A program made the translations under genes and the position numbers. A stretch of 39,346 nt of DNA. It comes from Macrostomum lignano. Taxonomy: Eukaryota. Location: contig NIVC01003498.1 in assembly GCA_002269645.1 (NCBI GenBank), forward strand, positions 1 to 39,346. Reading direction: 5' to 3'. Positions 12,339-25,060 of the stretch are shown in pieces. How positions within the stretch are numbered: position 1 is the first letter of the stretch; the number at the start of each line of letters is the position of its first letter. The notes under the pieces were generated by a model. The model ran no database searches, was not told the origin of the DNA, and saw only the letters and a program-made list of their open reading frames with translations.

Positions 12339-15300
12339 TTTGTCTAGCTGAGGACTGCTATGCTGTTGAGTTTGCTTCTGAGATGGAGCCCAAATGGCAT
12401 GAGTGAAAGAATCATGGTAGAGTACATTTATAATTGTGTAACATACTAAAGCAATGTGGATTAGATAAAAATCTCGATTTTACATGATGCACAAAATGAA
12501 TATGCAATTGTGGTGAAAGTTCAGGGACTTGAAGGTGAATGGGGGTGCTATCAAAGTCTAGCTCACTAAGAAGTTTGCAAAATTTCAACTTAAGAACCTC
12601 CTTTTGCCAATGCATATTGAACAAGTCCTTTTTGTAAGGATTTGTTTATATGGCCAAGCAGAAGTCAAGTTTTGTCTGACTGACCCCATGCTATTCTCAT
12701 AGTAGCAGTCTAATCTCATAGCATATGCCTATCCTCAAGTTTTTATCATTCAAAAGTTAAATCCAAAATAATTGTAAACAGACAGATATCCACTGTGTCC
12801 TTTGTTCAAAAGCAATTGCACACACATATCTTGCAGCTTTTACAACTAGGTAGTTCTAATCAAATTCAATCTGTTTGCTTGCTATGATACTAGATTCTGT
12901 TTTTTTCTTAATTTAATGATTAAATACTGCTTATATACAGCTGTCTATACAATTATTACTTGATCATAGAGGATCAGGGATAGTAAGTTGAGAGTCTATT
13001 TAGCGCTAGTTGACAAAGTTACTAAAGACTATTTACTTCAATTGGCAGATACATGAATAAAATAACAATTGATAAAATAAATATAATCCTTTTTGACTTA
13101 GGCCTAGTATATACCATAGTCTATAACATGGCATATGCTTAATGTAATAAAAATTCAAGTTTATTTTTTATATTATTACCAATTTAAATTAATTTTTATA
13201 TTATTAAAAATTTTCTTTTATGCAAAATTTTTCATCTTTCAAAAAAGTTTAATAAAAATTGTTATACACTTTATAGTTTAAAGTGTAAAAAATATAAAAA
13301 ACTAAATGAAAAAAGACCTAAAATAAGTTTTTAAAGCATTACTAAAGTTTTATTAAAGTGAAAGTCTATTGATTGGGTTTACTATAAGGTTTATCTCTAA
13401 AGTTTATATTACAAATGGCACTAGTAACATCCTTTTAACTCTATCTTAATAAGTTCTGGTACTAACTCTACCCAGATAAAAAAGTGCTTTAAACCTCCTA
13501 TATTAGATGACCTATTACTATACTAATGCTATTTTTATAACCTGCACAGTTAAGACTTGCAAATTTCTTAAGTAGACAATATGCTTATAGTAAATGTGCT
13601 TTGGTTCATCTATATAAAATTTATGTCAAATTTATTGAATGCAAGAAACTAGGACAATGTTTTATTTATTATGTTATTTAATTATATTATTATATAATAT
13701 AATAAAAAGTAGAATTTTAGCCACTTTGCTTCTAAACCATTTTGGCTAGGCCTATAAACAAACTGCCTTTAGACTGTTTTGCCCATGGTCTATTTCATTA
13801 ACAAACTAGTTTAGTTAGTACCTATAAACATTTTGGCTACAACACTAAATATGCAATAGGGAGCTTATTATATAAATATATAATATTGGTTGTCTTTCTA
13901 TGTATTAAAGTATAAAAGTAATGAAGTATAGCAATTAGGTCTATTTTAAAGGCAATTTTCAAAGATAATGGCTAGAGCTCCAATACTGGAACAAATTTTC
14001 TAATGGCTATGGATTCTGTAAGCAGGCAGTTATCTACTTATGACATCTTTGAACATTAGAATTATCTTATTTTGAATCTCATTGTTTTATTTTGATCTTA
14101 TCTTAAACAAAATCTCAATATAAACTACCCATTAGAAGAGCATAAAGTTTCTGCTATAGGCCCCCCTATTATACCCATAAACTGAACTGCATTACTGGAA
14201 TTAGTGGAATACCAATGCTGGATCCATCTATAGCCATTAGAAAATGGGTTCCAGTGCTATAACTCTAGCCATTGCCATTTTCAAAAGGGTTAAGTTTTAA
14301 CAAATGTTGAGCAGTTTTACTTTTAGTCATTTAATTTAATAGGTGTGCAGTCATTTTTTCTGCCACCTTTTTGTCTGCCAGTAGATGAAATGACTTTTTA
14401 AAACAAAAATAAAAGTATAGCTACATAGCTTTATAAAGCTATTTTTTCTAAATTAGACAATTCAATCATGCAAAACCAAAAGTATTTATAATATGATGTC
14501 ATTTTTGCAAGCATAATTTTGTTTATTGCAATCTTTCTAAGAAAAATAATATAAAATTTTAATTTCTATTGAGAAAAGAAGAGTTATATAAGCTGTGGTT
14601 ACAAATATTGAAGGCAAGGTTTGCAGTTAAATATATGATTGGCTGGCTGTTATGAGCCCCATCCAAATGATGATAATGCATATATCCCTATTTCAATGCT
14701 CATTCATTATAAACAAAAAGTTAGTACACAAGTATCTGTATAAGCCTATAGGCCAATGTTTGGGTCACTTGGGAAAATCAATATTTTTAGATACACGTAT
14801 ACTTGTGCTTTAACATAATGAGTTCTTTATCTTAACTATCACTATAAATACTTTTTAAGATATACAGATATTTTTTTTCAATGTTAGGCCTATAAATACT
14901 AGTGTCATACCTTGGCGTGGCATGCCTGTGGCCAGGTTATAGCGTAACATGGGAGGTGGCTAGGCATAGTATAGGTGTAGCTTTCCAGAATCTTCTAGAA
15001 TAGTCTATATATTATAACTTGTGATTTTTAGCTTGGCACACTTTAGGGCTAAATTTTTTGCCTTGGCATACTTTTAAGCTAAAGGCTGTCACTTCTTGGC
15101 ATGCATCCGAGCAGTTTGTACGAAAATTCCAATAGGGATAGCTGCAACTTAGTAAGACCTAGCTAATATAGAATTAGTAAAGAAAGCTTCAATGGCATGA
15201 GCTTAATGCTTAGCTAATTTATTATATTTAAATTTATTTATGCAATATAGCTAATCTAATAATCTTGTAGCTGCCCCTAATGGAAAAAGTAACATTTCAT

Positions 15301-15796
15301 GGAAAAAGGAATGGAAAAAGACATGCGTCTGGCACATTTTTTAAATTTTAGGTTGGCGCGGTGCGCCTATGGCCAGGTTTTCCTAGACTAAACTTTATGT
15401 TTTGGAACTTTGAATTGGATAAATAAGTCTAGCATTGAATTTGCATAAACTTTGCCTTGGCATATTCAAATCATATTGCAAATGCTGTAAGCTAGGCCTA
15501 TTAATAATTTAAAACAGTACATTCATGATTCTTATTGAAATGTAGCTTATTTAATAAGTATGTACAACCAATTTGTTTAGGCTAGCTATTATTTAGGTAG
15601 GCATTAAATAGTTAAACTAAGTGTATTCTTTAACTAAACTATTCTAGGTATATTTATATTCATTAAAGATATAAATATTCAATTTATTAAGTATATGAAG
15701 CAAAATGCTCATTTTTGCTCATGTATTGTTTGCAATAATGGTTTTAACAAATTTATGAACTCTGAGAGAGCATCATAAGCTTTATTTACTTCCTAG

Positions 15797-16376
15797 ATTT
15801 TGACAGAGTCATTCTACGTGAACTAACAGCCATTTGACTGCAAGTCAAGGAGAATGGCCACCTTATCGCCAGTATGGCTAGCCGGCGAGATGTTGGATTA
15901 CAGCTTCTGGTATGCTTACCAATATCTGTTGAAGCAGATATTAACATACTAATAGACTTTCTGCAAAGTGAGGATAATCTAGAATCTCTAGTGAGTTTTC
16001 TAAAAACTTGAGTATTATTTTGCTAGTGTTTTAAGATCATTATTTCATTATTAACCATTAAATACATTTTAGAAGTGGCAAATGGCAATTGTTGGAGGCT
16101 CAACGTCAAGGGATACAACTTGATGAATTCTGCATATATACAATTTTATCTCCTGCCATGATGGGTCTGTTCTCATTTGCTGGACAAGTTAGACAAGGTT
16201 GCAGCAAACATTTGTTCAAGGACATTGCCCTTTGGTCGCTTGTCAAGGGTACAGTTTTATTAAGCTGCAATTGTACCAAAAATTAAGTTGAAGCTAACGT
16301 GAAAGAAATTCTCAGGCACTGGAAAGATTCTAAGCAGCAAGACAGTCGAGATTTCAGCTTAAAATTCTGTTATTAG
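15797..16376 (+). pseudogene. Decayed two-exon DUF4806-like transposon accessory gene
   Basis: Exon 15797-15990, intron 15991-16072 (GTGAGT..TTTTAG, phase 0), exon 16073-16376. Conceptual protein: FDRVILRELTAI*LQVKENGHL..LPISVEADINILIDFLQSEDNLESL|KWQMAIVGGSTSRDTT**IL/YTILSPAMMGLFSFAG..KHLFKDIALWSLV..N*VEANVKEILRHWKD. Four internal stops and one frameshift. Family call is from motif recall, not a search. Confidence 0.55.
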
Positions 16377-16982
16377 TAGGTGAAAATTAGTAGTAGAATA
16401 ATGCTATTGGTAGGCATCAGTTATAACTGCTTTGTTATTTTCATATCTAGGTAAAAAGTTCATAGCTTAAATTAGCTAAAATTAGTTTTTAAATTAATTA
16501 TTAATCATTAAATTAGTTAAGTTCTTGCTTAGTTATTTTTTCCAATGCTATCTGGACCCAAATACAAAGTCTCGCTCACAGAGCAAGCAAATAAAGGGGA
16601 CATCAGAAAAAGTAATGCTGCATAATGCAAATTTATATTTTATTGTTACTTATAAATGTTCTAATGTAATTATCATGTATCCTGTGGCTTTACTCTATTT
16701 TTTACTATTTAATTAGTTGCCATGTAATTTCTGTTTTTTGCTTTAATAATAGCCTAAATAATAAATATTGAACAAAGGGTAGCTTAGAAAATATTTCCAT
16801 TGCATGCTATCAATTTTGGATGAAAAATTTGAGGTGCAAAGTAAATGTATTCATTAGTCATTTTAATATAATGCACTTTTTATGCCTATTAATAGGCATA
16901 ATTGCAACATGATGGAAAGCGTAGCAAAAATCCATGGAAATATGCTTGTAAACTATATGTCATAAGTACTTCATTGTCTAAA

Positions 16983-17115
16983 TGATGTCGGATTTACGTC
17001 AGCATTCAACGTCAGCTACTGACCTCTACACGACAGTGTCTGGCGTGACAATGGTTGATCAACGTCTATAGCCGACATCTATCCGATGTTAATCCGACAT
17101 AGCTGGTTACTTGGG
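16983..17115 (+). mobile_element. Candidate right end of an EnSpm/CMC-type DNA transposon (terminus ...GCTGGTTACTTGGG with short ACGTC/CCGAC subterminal repeats)
   Basis: CCC-type terminus and clustered short repeats downstream of the DUF4806-like remnant. No matching left end found. Confidence 0.3.
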
Positions 17116-18033
17116 ATGGTAGACAAAATGACTGCATCATATTTTTGCAGATGAAAGAATGGCAGACGAACTGGCTGCAGACGAAATGACTGTCAACCAT
17201 TTAATGAACTACAAATGTTGTTATATATAAGCTTGTATAGGCCCCCTATATTCTTTTACTTAGGTTGTTTGTCTATGAATCTATTATTTGATTTGAGATT
17301 TGAAAAATTGGATTTCAGAATTGCCTCGTGCCTTGTCTCATCTCGTCTTGAATTTCCCGACCTATAACTATTTCACGTCTCAAAATCGTCTCAAACAAAT
17401 CTCAAATTTTGACACCTCTTATTAGGGCCTATACCATCAATATCATTACAATATAATAAAGAAATGCGAATATTACACTAAACAAATAGCCAAATTGCAA
17501 ATAGGTCTATAAAAAATATAATCAAAAGAAATACAAGTCAGTAAAAAAATTAAATCGAATTTAGAAATGCCAGTCAGAGTCAGCAGGAGCAATTAGGCCT
17601 ATCTTTAACAGAAATAATGGAACAACAGTTCAGATAATAAAAATCTATAATTACGACGAGTAGAGTATATTCAACCCAGTCGCCCAATAACTATGGAAGT
17701 AAATTCCCCCAAAACTAAGAGCTATAAAAAAGAAGAGGACTAATTTAAGCTAACAAAATAAAAGTTGAGGCAAAATTAGGCCAATAAAGCTTGCGTTCTA
17801 AGAAACGATGCAGACGTGACGAAGTTTTCGTTTAAAAAATTGTATCAAGTCCTTGACCGTCAAATCAATTTTTGTAATACAGTTATAACTATTCTTATTG
17901 TTATGCAGGCTAACTTATTGTTTTCAGAAAGTGTTTGCTTCAGTTTAGGTTTATGTAAAAGTTAAATTACGTGAAATAGTTAAAATTTACTAAGTTCTTT
18001 AACCCCAAGAACCTCGGATGTGAAACACTCCTC

Positions 18034-19530
18034 TGTAACGAAATGAATGCCGAGGACTGTCACTTGAATTATCACGATCAGTCGAAAATGCCAAATCCGA
18101 GCGCGCGAACTCTTACGAGCGATATTTATTATATTATATTAGTTAAATTGAGCAATAAAACAAACTACATTATAAAACAATTATGCAAAATTATATAAAT
18201 ACGAGTACATACACTAAAAAGTACAGTAAATGCAGAAACAGAATACAAATATGAAATACAAATAATACAGTGAGAAATAAGTACAAAATATGTTTCCTTT
18301 TAAAATAGATATGGAGATACATTACATTATCCTCCTCTTGGAAAGGACAATGTCCACATTGTCAATAAAGTACATGTACAAAAAAGTACAATACAAAGTA
18401 ATGAAAATAACTATATTAAATATACAGTACATGCTAAATTTTGAGCAAAAAAGATTGAACTCGCATTCCCAACTAGACATCGAAATGAGGTGACAGAACA
18501 CATTTTAAAACAATGGTATGGACCAAAAGAGAAGCTAGTTAACCAACACAAAAACCAGAACCCAACAGGGTTAGCAGAGCCCCAGGTTCTCCCCACCACA
18601 ACCAGTGCAGAGCACAGCATGAATGAAGCAAAAAAACACTTTATTAATGAAAGGAATTGCCAGCTGTGCACACTATTGTGATACACTGCCATTGGGTGAA
18701 ACCTTACAAAACACAGAAGAAAATACAGTACAACATTGAAAAATTATTTAAAAAGTAAAGTACATCATGGCAATTGCCAAAATACAGTATAAAGTACATA
18801 TGAAGGAATTACAGTAAGTACAATTACATTAAAATCAATCAACAAAGCATCGGAATTGGAAGATGCAGCTTCCTGGTTCTGGACTTTAGAACAGCAAAAT
18901 TACAAATTTAAAAACAAAATTTTGCTCTGAACTGGGTACACATCTACATGTACATTCTACAGCTAGTATTGTATTTGAGCATAGATGCTTTTAAAAAAAC
19001 AAATATAATATTCGAAATCACTCAGCGACTGATAGTATCTGCAGCACCTGTCCTTTGGCGGCATCTTCGGCACCTGTGATTTTGTTGGCCTGGCTCGCGG
19101 CTGGCTGACATACTGGTTAGCGTCGGCTAGCTGGACGCGCGCTGCTGATGTGATTGGCTGCGTTGCTGTACATTTGCGGTCGATCAGAAGATTCAGCGGA
19201 GTCCTTCATGGAATCCGAGTTCTGGTGTGGTCGCCATTGTAACGAAATGAATGCCGAGGACTGTCACTTGAATTATCACGATCAGTCGAAAATGCCAAAT
19301 CCGAGCGCGCGAACTCTTACGAGCGATATTTATTATATTACATTAGTTAAATTGAGCAATAAAACAAACTACATTATAAAACAATTATGCAAAATTATAT
19401 AAATACGAGTACATACACTAAAAAGTACAGTAAATGCAGAAACAGAATACAAATATGAAATACAAATAATACAGTGAGAAATAAGTACAAAATATGTTTC
19501 CTTTTAAAATAGATATGGAGATACATTACA
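18034..19530 (-). mobile_element. Non-autonomous LTR retroelement (TRIM/LARD-like), 1497 bp, with 293-bp LTRs
   Basis: Direct repeats 18034-18326 and 19238-19530, both TGT..ACA, with one mismatch seen. On the minus strand, PBS TGGCGACCAC lies 1 nt inside the 5' LTR (19236-19227) and PPT AAGAGGAGGATAA abuts the 3' LTR (18339-18327). No recognisable gag/pol. No TSD evident. Confidence 0.9.
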
Positions 19531-20324
19531 CTAATATTGTATTAATATTTATACTCGTTGTTAGTTGTTAGTCGTCACTTTTCGTCTAAAAATACCGTAA
19601 AAATTCTGGCGCGCTTTCAAATACTTTATCTTTTACAATAACTCAGCAAATCGTCGTCAAATCGTCTTTATAAACTTCTATATTCGAAAATTCCAAATAC
19701 ATAGCTCTATAATATATTGGCCAAACAGGCTAATTGCCTGAGCCAAATTCTCTTACTACTACTACTACTAACTGAAAATCCGGTCATCAGATCCCATTCT
19801 ATCGAAATAATATTAATAATAAATACACTGACATATACTGGCCAAACAGGCTTCTTGCCTGAGCCAAATTACTACTACTACTACACTCCTTCAATTCCAA
19901 TTTATATATACTCGCTGTAATTTACTCTGTAGTAATGTAATCATCAACTCAATCCGAATGGCTATATTTTATTCCCGTATGCAGTTTTAGTGCTTCGCCT
20001 TAAGCTAAGAGCTAATGTAATTTCTAAGACTTAATAAACCTACTCTTATATAGTAGAAGACAGCTAGGTCTATGTCTATGTGATTAGTAGTACTATATTT
20101 TTGAAATAGGGCCTAGTCTGTACTAGGGCATGCATCGCATACTGCATAGCCTATGCCTTGTGTGTGTGTATTAGGCCTAGTTAAAAGCATGTTTAAATTA
20201 CAATTTTTAACTCATTTTGTAGCTAAGCCTGTAGTAGGCAGTTTTAATTCTTATAGTCATAATAAAAATAATTACAATATAAATAAATAATAAACAGTAT
20301 TAATAATAAAGTTAAACTGGTTCT

Positions 20325-23300
20325 CTTTATTCAATTATTGACTCTCTGTATGGTCAACACAAAACAAAAAGGGCCTACACTTGTATTATCTAGTCTTAAT
20401 AAATATTAAATAAACTTTTAAAGTTAAAGTTTCATGCAACATTAATTTAAGTTTGTTTTTAATTTGAATATTGTTTTATTGGTCATTGTTATATTATAAT
20501 GAAATTTGCCTCTAACTCTAAGTCTAAGTAAAAATAACTTAGTTGGCTCTGGGTTTATGGTTATGCCATATACTAATAGATATAGGCCTAGTTGGAAATC
20601 TTCTAGGCCTAGCTATAAGATTTATTGTGAAAATGACGAAGACTAGTTTTAAAATGATTGCAAATAAGAATAACAATAAATAACAAGATTAAAAAAAGAT
20701 ATTAAGCTGGGACTTGAAATATAGTATAAGATAGATAAGATATTGAGTTCTGCGAGAATCATACTGTTACTAACATGTTTTGATAGGTTGGTAGGTTAGG
20801 TTAAACTAGTTAAAAGTTTAACCTGGGACTTAGTTAAAAGGTTAGGTTTGGTAGGTTAAACACCCGAATAGGTGTTTGTAGAAATTCGTTTGGATTGAGT
20901 CTATATCTTTTAGCTTAGATAAGGTAGCCAGAGGTCCCCAGATTTCATATCCATAAGATACAATAGGTGTAACAAGGGAGTTAAAGAGCTGTTTGATGGG
21001 CATAATGTCTAAGGATGTGTCTTTAACTTTGTGTAGTAATGAGAACATAGCTGAGTAGCCTTGTTTGATTTGATAAGCAATACATTTTTAGAAACTATTT
21101 TCTGATTCAAAGATAACTCCTAAGTACTTAAATTCATGCATTTCTTCGATTTCTTGCTAAGCATAGACTATCTGATCTGTGTTTAGCTGTCTATCTTCCT
21201 TTTTTTTGCTTTTGTTTTTCTCTTCCCTGAGCATATCTGCATGTACTTTGTTTTGCTAGCATTCACTTTTTAGTAGTTTTGTTTGCAGTAAGTCTCCATG
21301 TTTCTAAACATGCTTTGTAAGTCCATCTTGGTTTTTGCTAAGACAGTTTGATTGTCAGAAAAGAGCAGAATGTGTGGATACGATGCTTTGATCAGGTGGT
21401 TGCTAGTGCAAGTTAATTCTAAGTACTCTATTATATTGTTGATGTAGATCTCAAAAAGAACTGTAATTGTTTGGGTCACTTGTGCTATCTTTGTTTTTGT
21501 ATATTTAGTGCAAAGTATTTGTTATCTAGTCTATTAGGAACTTTCTATGTTCTATGATTTTGTTGAATAGTGAACATAAAGTATCTGTCAGTTGATCTTC
21601 AAAGAATTTTAATGTCTTGGTATAAATCTGATCTTTTCCAGCTGTTTGTCAGTTTTGAGATTCTTTATGCTTCTTAACTTCTTCTGTTGTGAAGGGAGTA
21701 TTGAAACTATCCAGGTTTTTTATTACTGGTTCCTCTAAGTACAGATCATATATAAGCCTTATATTGACATTGCTTTCTGTAGCAAGCTTTCTAAAATGAT
21801 CTATAAAATCTCTGCTTATAAATGTCTTATTTAGAAAGCAATCAGGTGGTTTAATGAGTGTCCAAAAGAGCTTTGGTTCATTCCTTAGGAAAGCTTGATT
21901 GATTCTGTTTTCTTTGGTTAGTACTAGTTTGTGTTTCTATGCTTTTATATGCCTCTCATAGATTCTTCTTTTTTCTCTTTTTCTCCGTGAGGTTATCATT
22001 GGTAGGAAACATTTTATATCTTCTACATGAATGTTTAAAGGCATTTCTGATGCCTTTAAGCCAATCAGGCATAGTATTAGAGATTGAGTCTTTATACTCA
22101 TATTTGATTGAATTTTGTAGAGATTTAAGATACACACTGAGTTCTTGTGTGAAACTTTTATTTATATTACTACTGATCTGTGCCAGGCTCAAAATTTTTT
22201 CAGAGTTACCTTGGGTTTTTGATGTAATTCTTGTCTTTGATAATCATTTAGTTCATATATTTTTCTCAAAACAAGGATTTTTTACCTATCTTTTGTTTAG
22301 GAGTGTTGTTGACCTTCTTTTCTACTGTGAAGATATTTGGTTATGATCACTAAAGATTGTGCTATCATTGACCTTGAAATCCATAAAATGTTGGAGCATG
22401 TTACTTGAGATTAAACACAGGTCTATGACTGATAGTCTCTTATTTGTTTTAAAAGTGTAATCTCTATTAGAGTCAGAGATTGATCTTCAATTTACTATGT
22501 GTAAATCTTTGGTATTTGTGATAATTTGACCATTTTTGCAAGTTTTTGTATCTTTACTTGTAGCTCATTTGTCAGCAATGTTTCTACTCTTTATATGATT
22601 AATAGTTTGTATATTTTGGTCATTATGTGTGTGTGTGCATTAGTCTCTAATAAGGATAATATTTTCTCTATTGCAGAGCCTATCTAAGAGTGTATCAAGT
22701 TTGTGCCAAATATTGTTGTCATAATACTTGGATGCTGTTGGTTGTATATAGGTATTTATAATTATAAAACTTTTTATTTTGTCAAGAATGTGTTCAAATG
22801 ATAGTATAAGAAAGTTTTTACATTCATTTGAAAATTTGATTTATTTTAAAAGTACTTTCTAATGATTTTTTATATGCAATGAGTAGCCCACCAGAAGGTC
22901 TATCTTCAGTGATGTTTTGTAGTTTATAGCCTGATGAAAGCACTAGTCTGTAGTCTTTTAATAGTTTTTCACACTCTAAAAATTTACTCTGCCTAATTGT
23001 GTCCATAATCCAGGTTTCTTGTAAGCAACAAATGTCATGTTTGAAAAAGTTTTCTTCTATGAAGCTCAGTTTTGGTATAGCTACTGAATTCTTTAAAGTG
23101 ATTAAGCCAGCAATATTCTAGCTACTTACTGTAAGTGTACAAAGTGTACTTTGCTTAAGTATTCCTAGGTGCTCAAGAATCTTTTTGATAGAATTATTTA
23201 TTTTATATATTTCTTGAGGCCTAAGGTTTAGTTTCAAAAGGTAGTCTTTTGTGTACTGCTTCCTCCGAATAGGACTTATAGTTTTTTGTTTCTGTTAAGA

Positions 23301-25060
23301 AAGGATTGTAGGTCTGTTTTACATGTAGCAATATAGGAGAGGCTTAAGAAGGATAGGCTCAATAGTTTTTTATGAAAGGTACCCCTTTTCTGTAGGCAAT
23401 ACAAATGTTCTTCTCACCGCCTGCTTGTCGCTGCTTTAGCTCCTTGATGACATCTCACTTGAGTGCTCTTTCCCTCTCCATTAGGTTGTTTTTTATTCTA
23501 ACCTTAGCAAATAGTGAGCCAGGCTCACGTAGATGTTGTAGGTTGCCAAAATAGGCATCTTTGTTATTGGGGTTCTCCAGGCAAATAGCCAGGGGTCTTG
23601 GGAATCTTCCAAAAGCTAGAGCCATCCTTCCAATCCTTTGTGTAGATACAATAGGTACCATTTCCAGCGTGATCTTAAGGCTGTCCTTTATCAGTCAGTG
23701 CAGGCTTGCCTTGTCATCAGAGTCCTCTGGCAGACCAAAAATAATTAAATAATTTTTCTTGACATTTCTGCTGTTTACTTCTTTGACAATTTCATTGAAG
23801 TTAATATTGTAAGTTAATTCCTCTTTACCACTTTCGATGCTCTCAAGCTCCTTAATCTTTTCCTCTAGCACATGGCTCATTCCATATAAGCATGGTCGTA
23901 ACATGACAGGCTATTTTTACTTATAAAATAAAATCTAATAATAGAATATACTAAACCAATATTTTAAATGAAAGATTATTTTGTCTAGAATATATTTATA
24001 GAGTTTCATATAGATATCATCATTAGTATAGATGCTATTAAACCTTAAATGACACTTATGGTCGTAACGACAGGATTTTTGACATATAGAAACTAAAAGG
24101 TAAAAGTCTTATAACATTTTTCATTTTTGATATTTTGCAATACATTTTTAAAATTTGACTAAGAACATCTTTAGAAATCATACTCTTTTATTAGAATATA
24201 TAAACTCAAAAGGCAACAAAGATACAAAAGAAAAGGCAGCCTTATGGTTGTAACATTATGGTCGTAACATATTTTTTTCTGTTAATTCAGTAACTTTGAG
24301 GTACTAATACATTAAAAATATAATAGATTATTTGGTCACCAATGCTTTTATCTGATGATGCAAGTACTATACTTTTATCTATAGTTTGTTTCAACCTTCA
24401 AAAGCTTTCTATTTGTTTTTAAAAGGTACAAAATCTTAATGATGTCTTTTGCTTCGAAAAATGTCCAAATTTTTACAAAAATGACTTTTTGCCAATTGAT
24501 AACATACTAATCCAACATTTTATCATTTATTTATTCTTAGATTGTATATATTGCACATAAAAAACATTTGGTAAAAAAATAGGCTAATAAGGCAATGGCA
24601 AGCAAAAATATTGACTTTTTTCTATTTTCCAAATATGTCTATCTTATATGGAATGAGCCACATCAACTTTATCTCGCAGTTCTTTTAACATTTCCATACC
24701 GTTTAGGAGTGCACAAGCATGTTCCTTGCAATCTTTGCACACCCAAAGAAGTCCACTGGTGCTACCACTAGGAGCTTTAGCTATAGCAGTGAACACTCCT
24801 TTAGGAAGGCCAGAGCAGCCTTGGTGACTCCAGCGGTCACAGCTTTCACATTGTATGCCATCTTCACCATTATTGTGGCACGCAAAACATTTGTTTTCTT
24901 CTCGTTGGGCTTTTGGTTCTGGTGGCAGCGAGCTTCCTATTGGGGAGTCTAGCTCAATTGCTGGTTGGCTGCTTCTTTTTCCTCTTTGTGACATTTTGAC
25001 TAGATTTCTAGAAAGGATCAAAGCAATACTTAACCATTTCAAAAACTATTACATTATTTA
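20325..25060 (-). mobile_element. Degenerate non-LTR retrotransposon (CR1/L2 group, Daphne/Crack-like): PHD-finger ORF1 and APE-RT ORF2
   Basis: ORF1: CFAC..IQCESCDRWSHQGC..WVCKDC (PHD), coiled coil, YLIIFGLPE, RPLAICL. ORF2 fragments: NIAGL, DICCLQETW, SGGLLIAYKK, SVIDLCLIS..SDH (APE); DPNNY, LFEIYINN..ILLFSDN (RT); LFNSLVTPIVSYGYEIWG. Many stops and frameshifts; both ends approximate. Confidence 0.85.
23874..24659. mobile_element. 786-bp AT-rich MITE inserted in LINE ORF1; 17-bp perfect TIR GGCTCATTCCATATAAG; 4-bp TSD ACAT
   Basis: TSD at 23870-23873 and 24660-24663. Removing the element plus one TSD restores ORF1 in frame (LRDKVDV-LEEKIKELES). Confidence 0.92.

Noticed and set aside
14340-17200. 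AGAYGAAATGACT-type motifs at ~14345-14400, 17118-17200 and 25140-25205 as ends of one large element
   Set aside because: Short, degenerate and present in mixed orientations, with no TSD; more likely separate MITE fragments.
19182-19236. A tRNA gene
   Set aside because: Only 3'-half-like blocks with an interruption and encoded CCA; no 5' half or cloverleaf. Interpreted as PBS-related instead.
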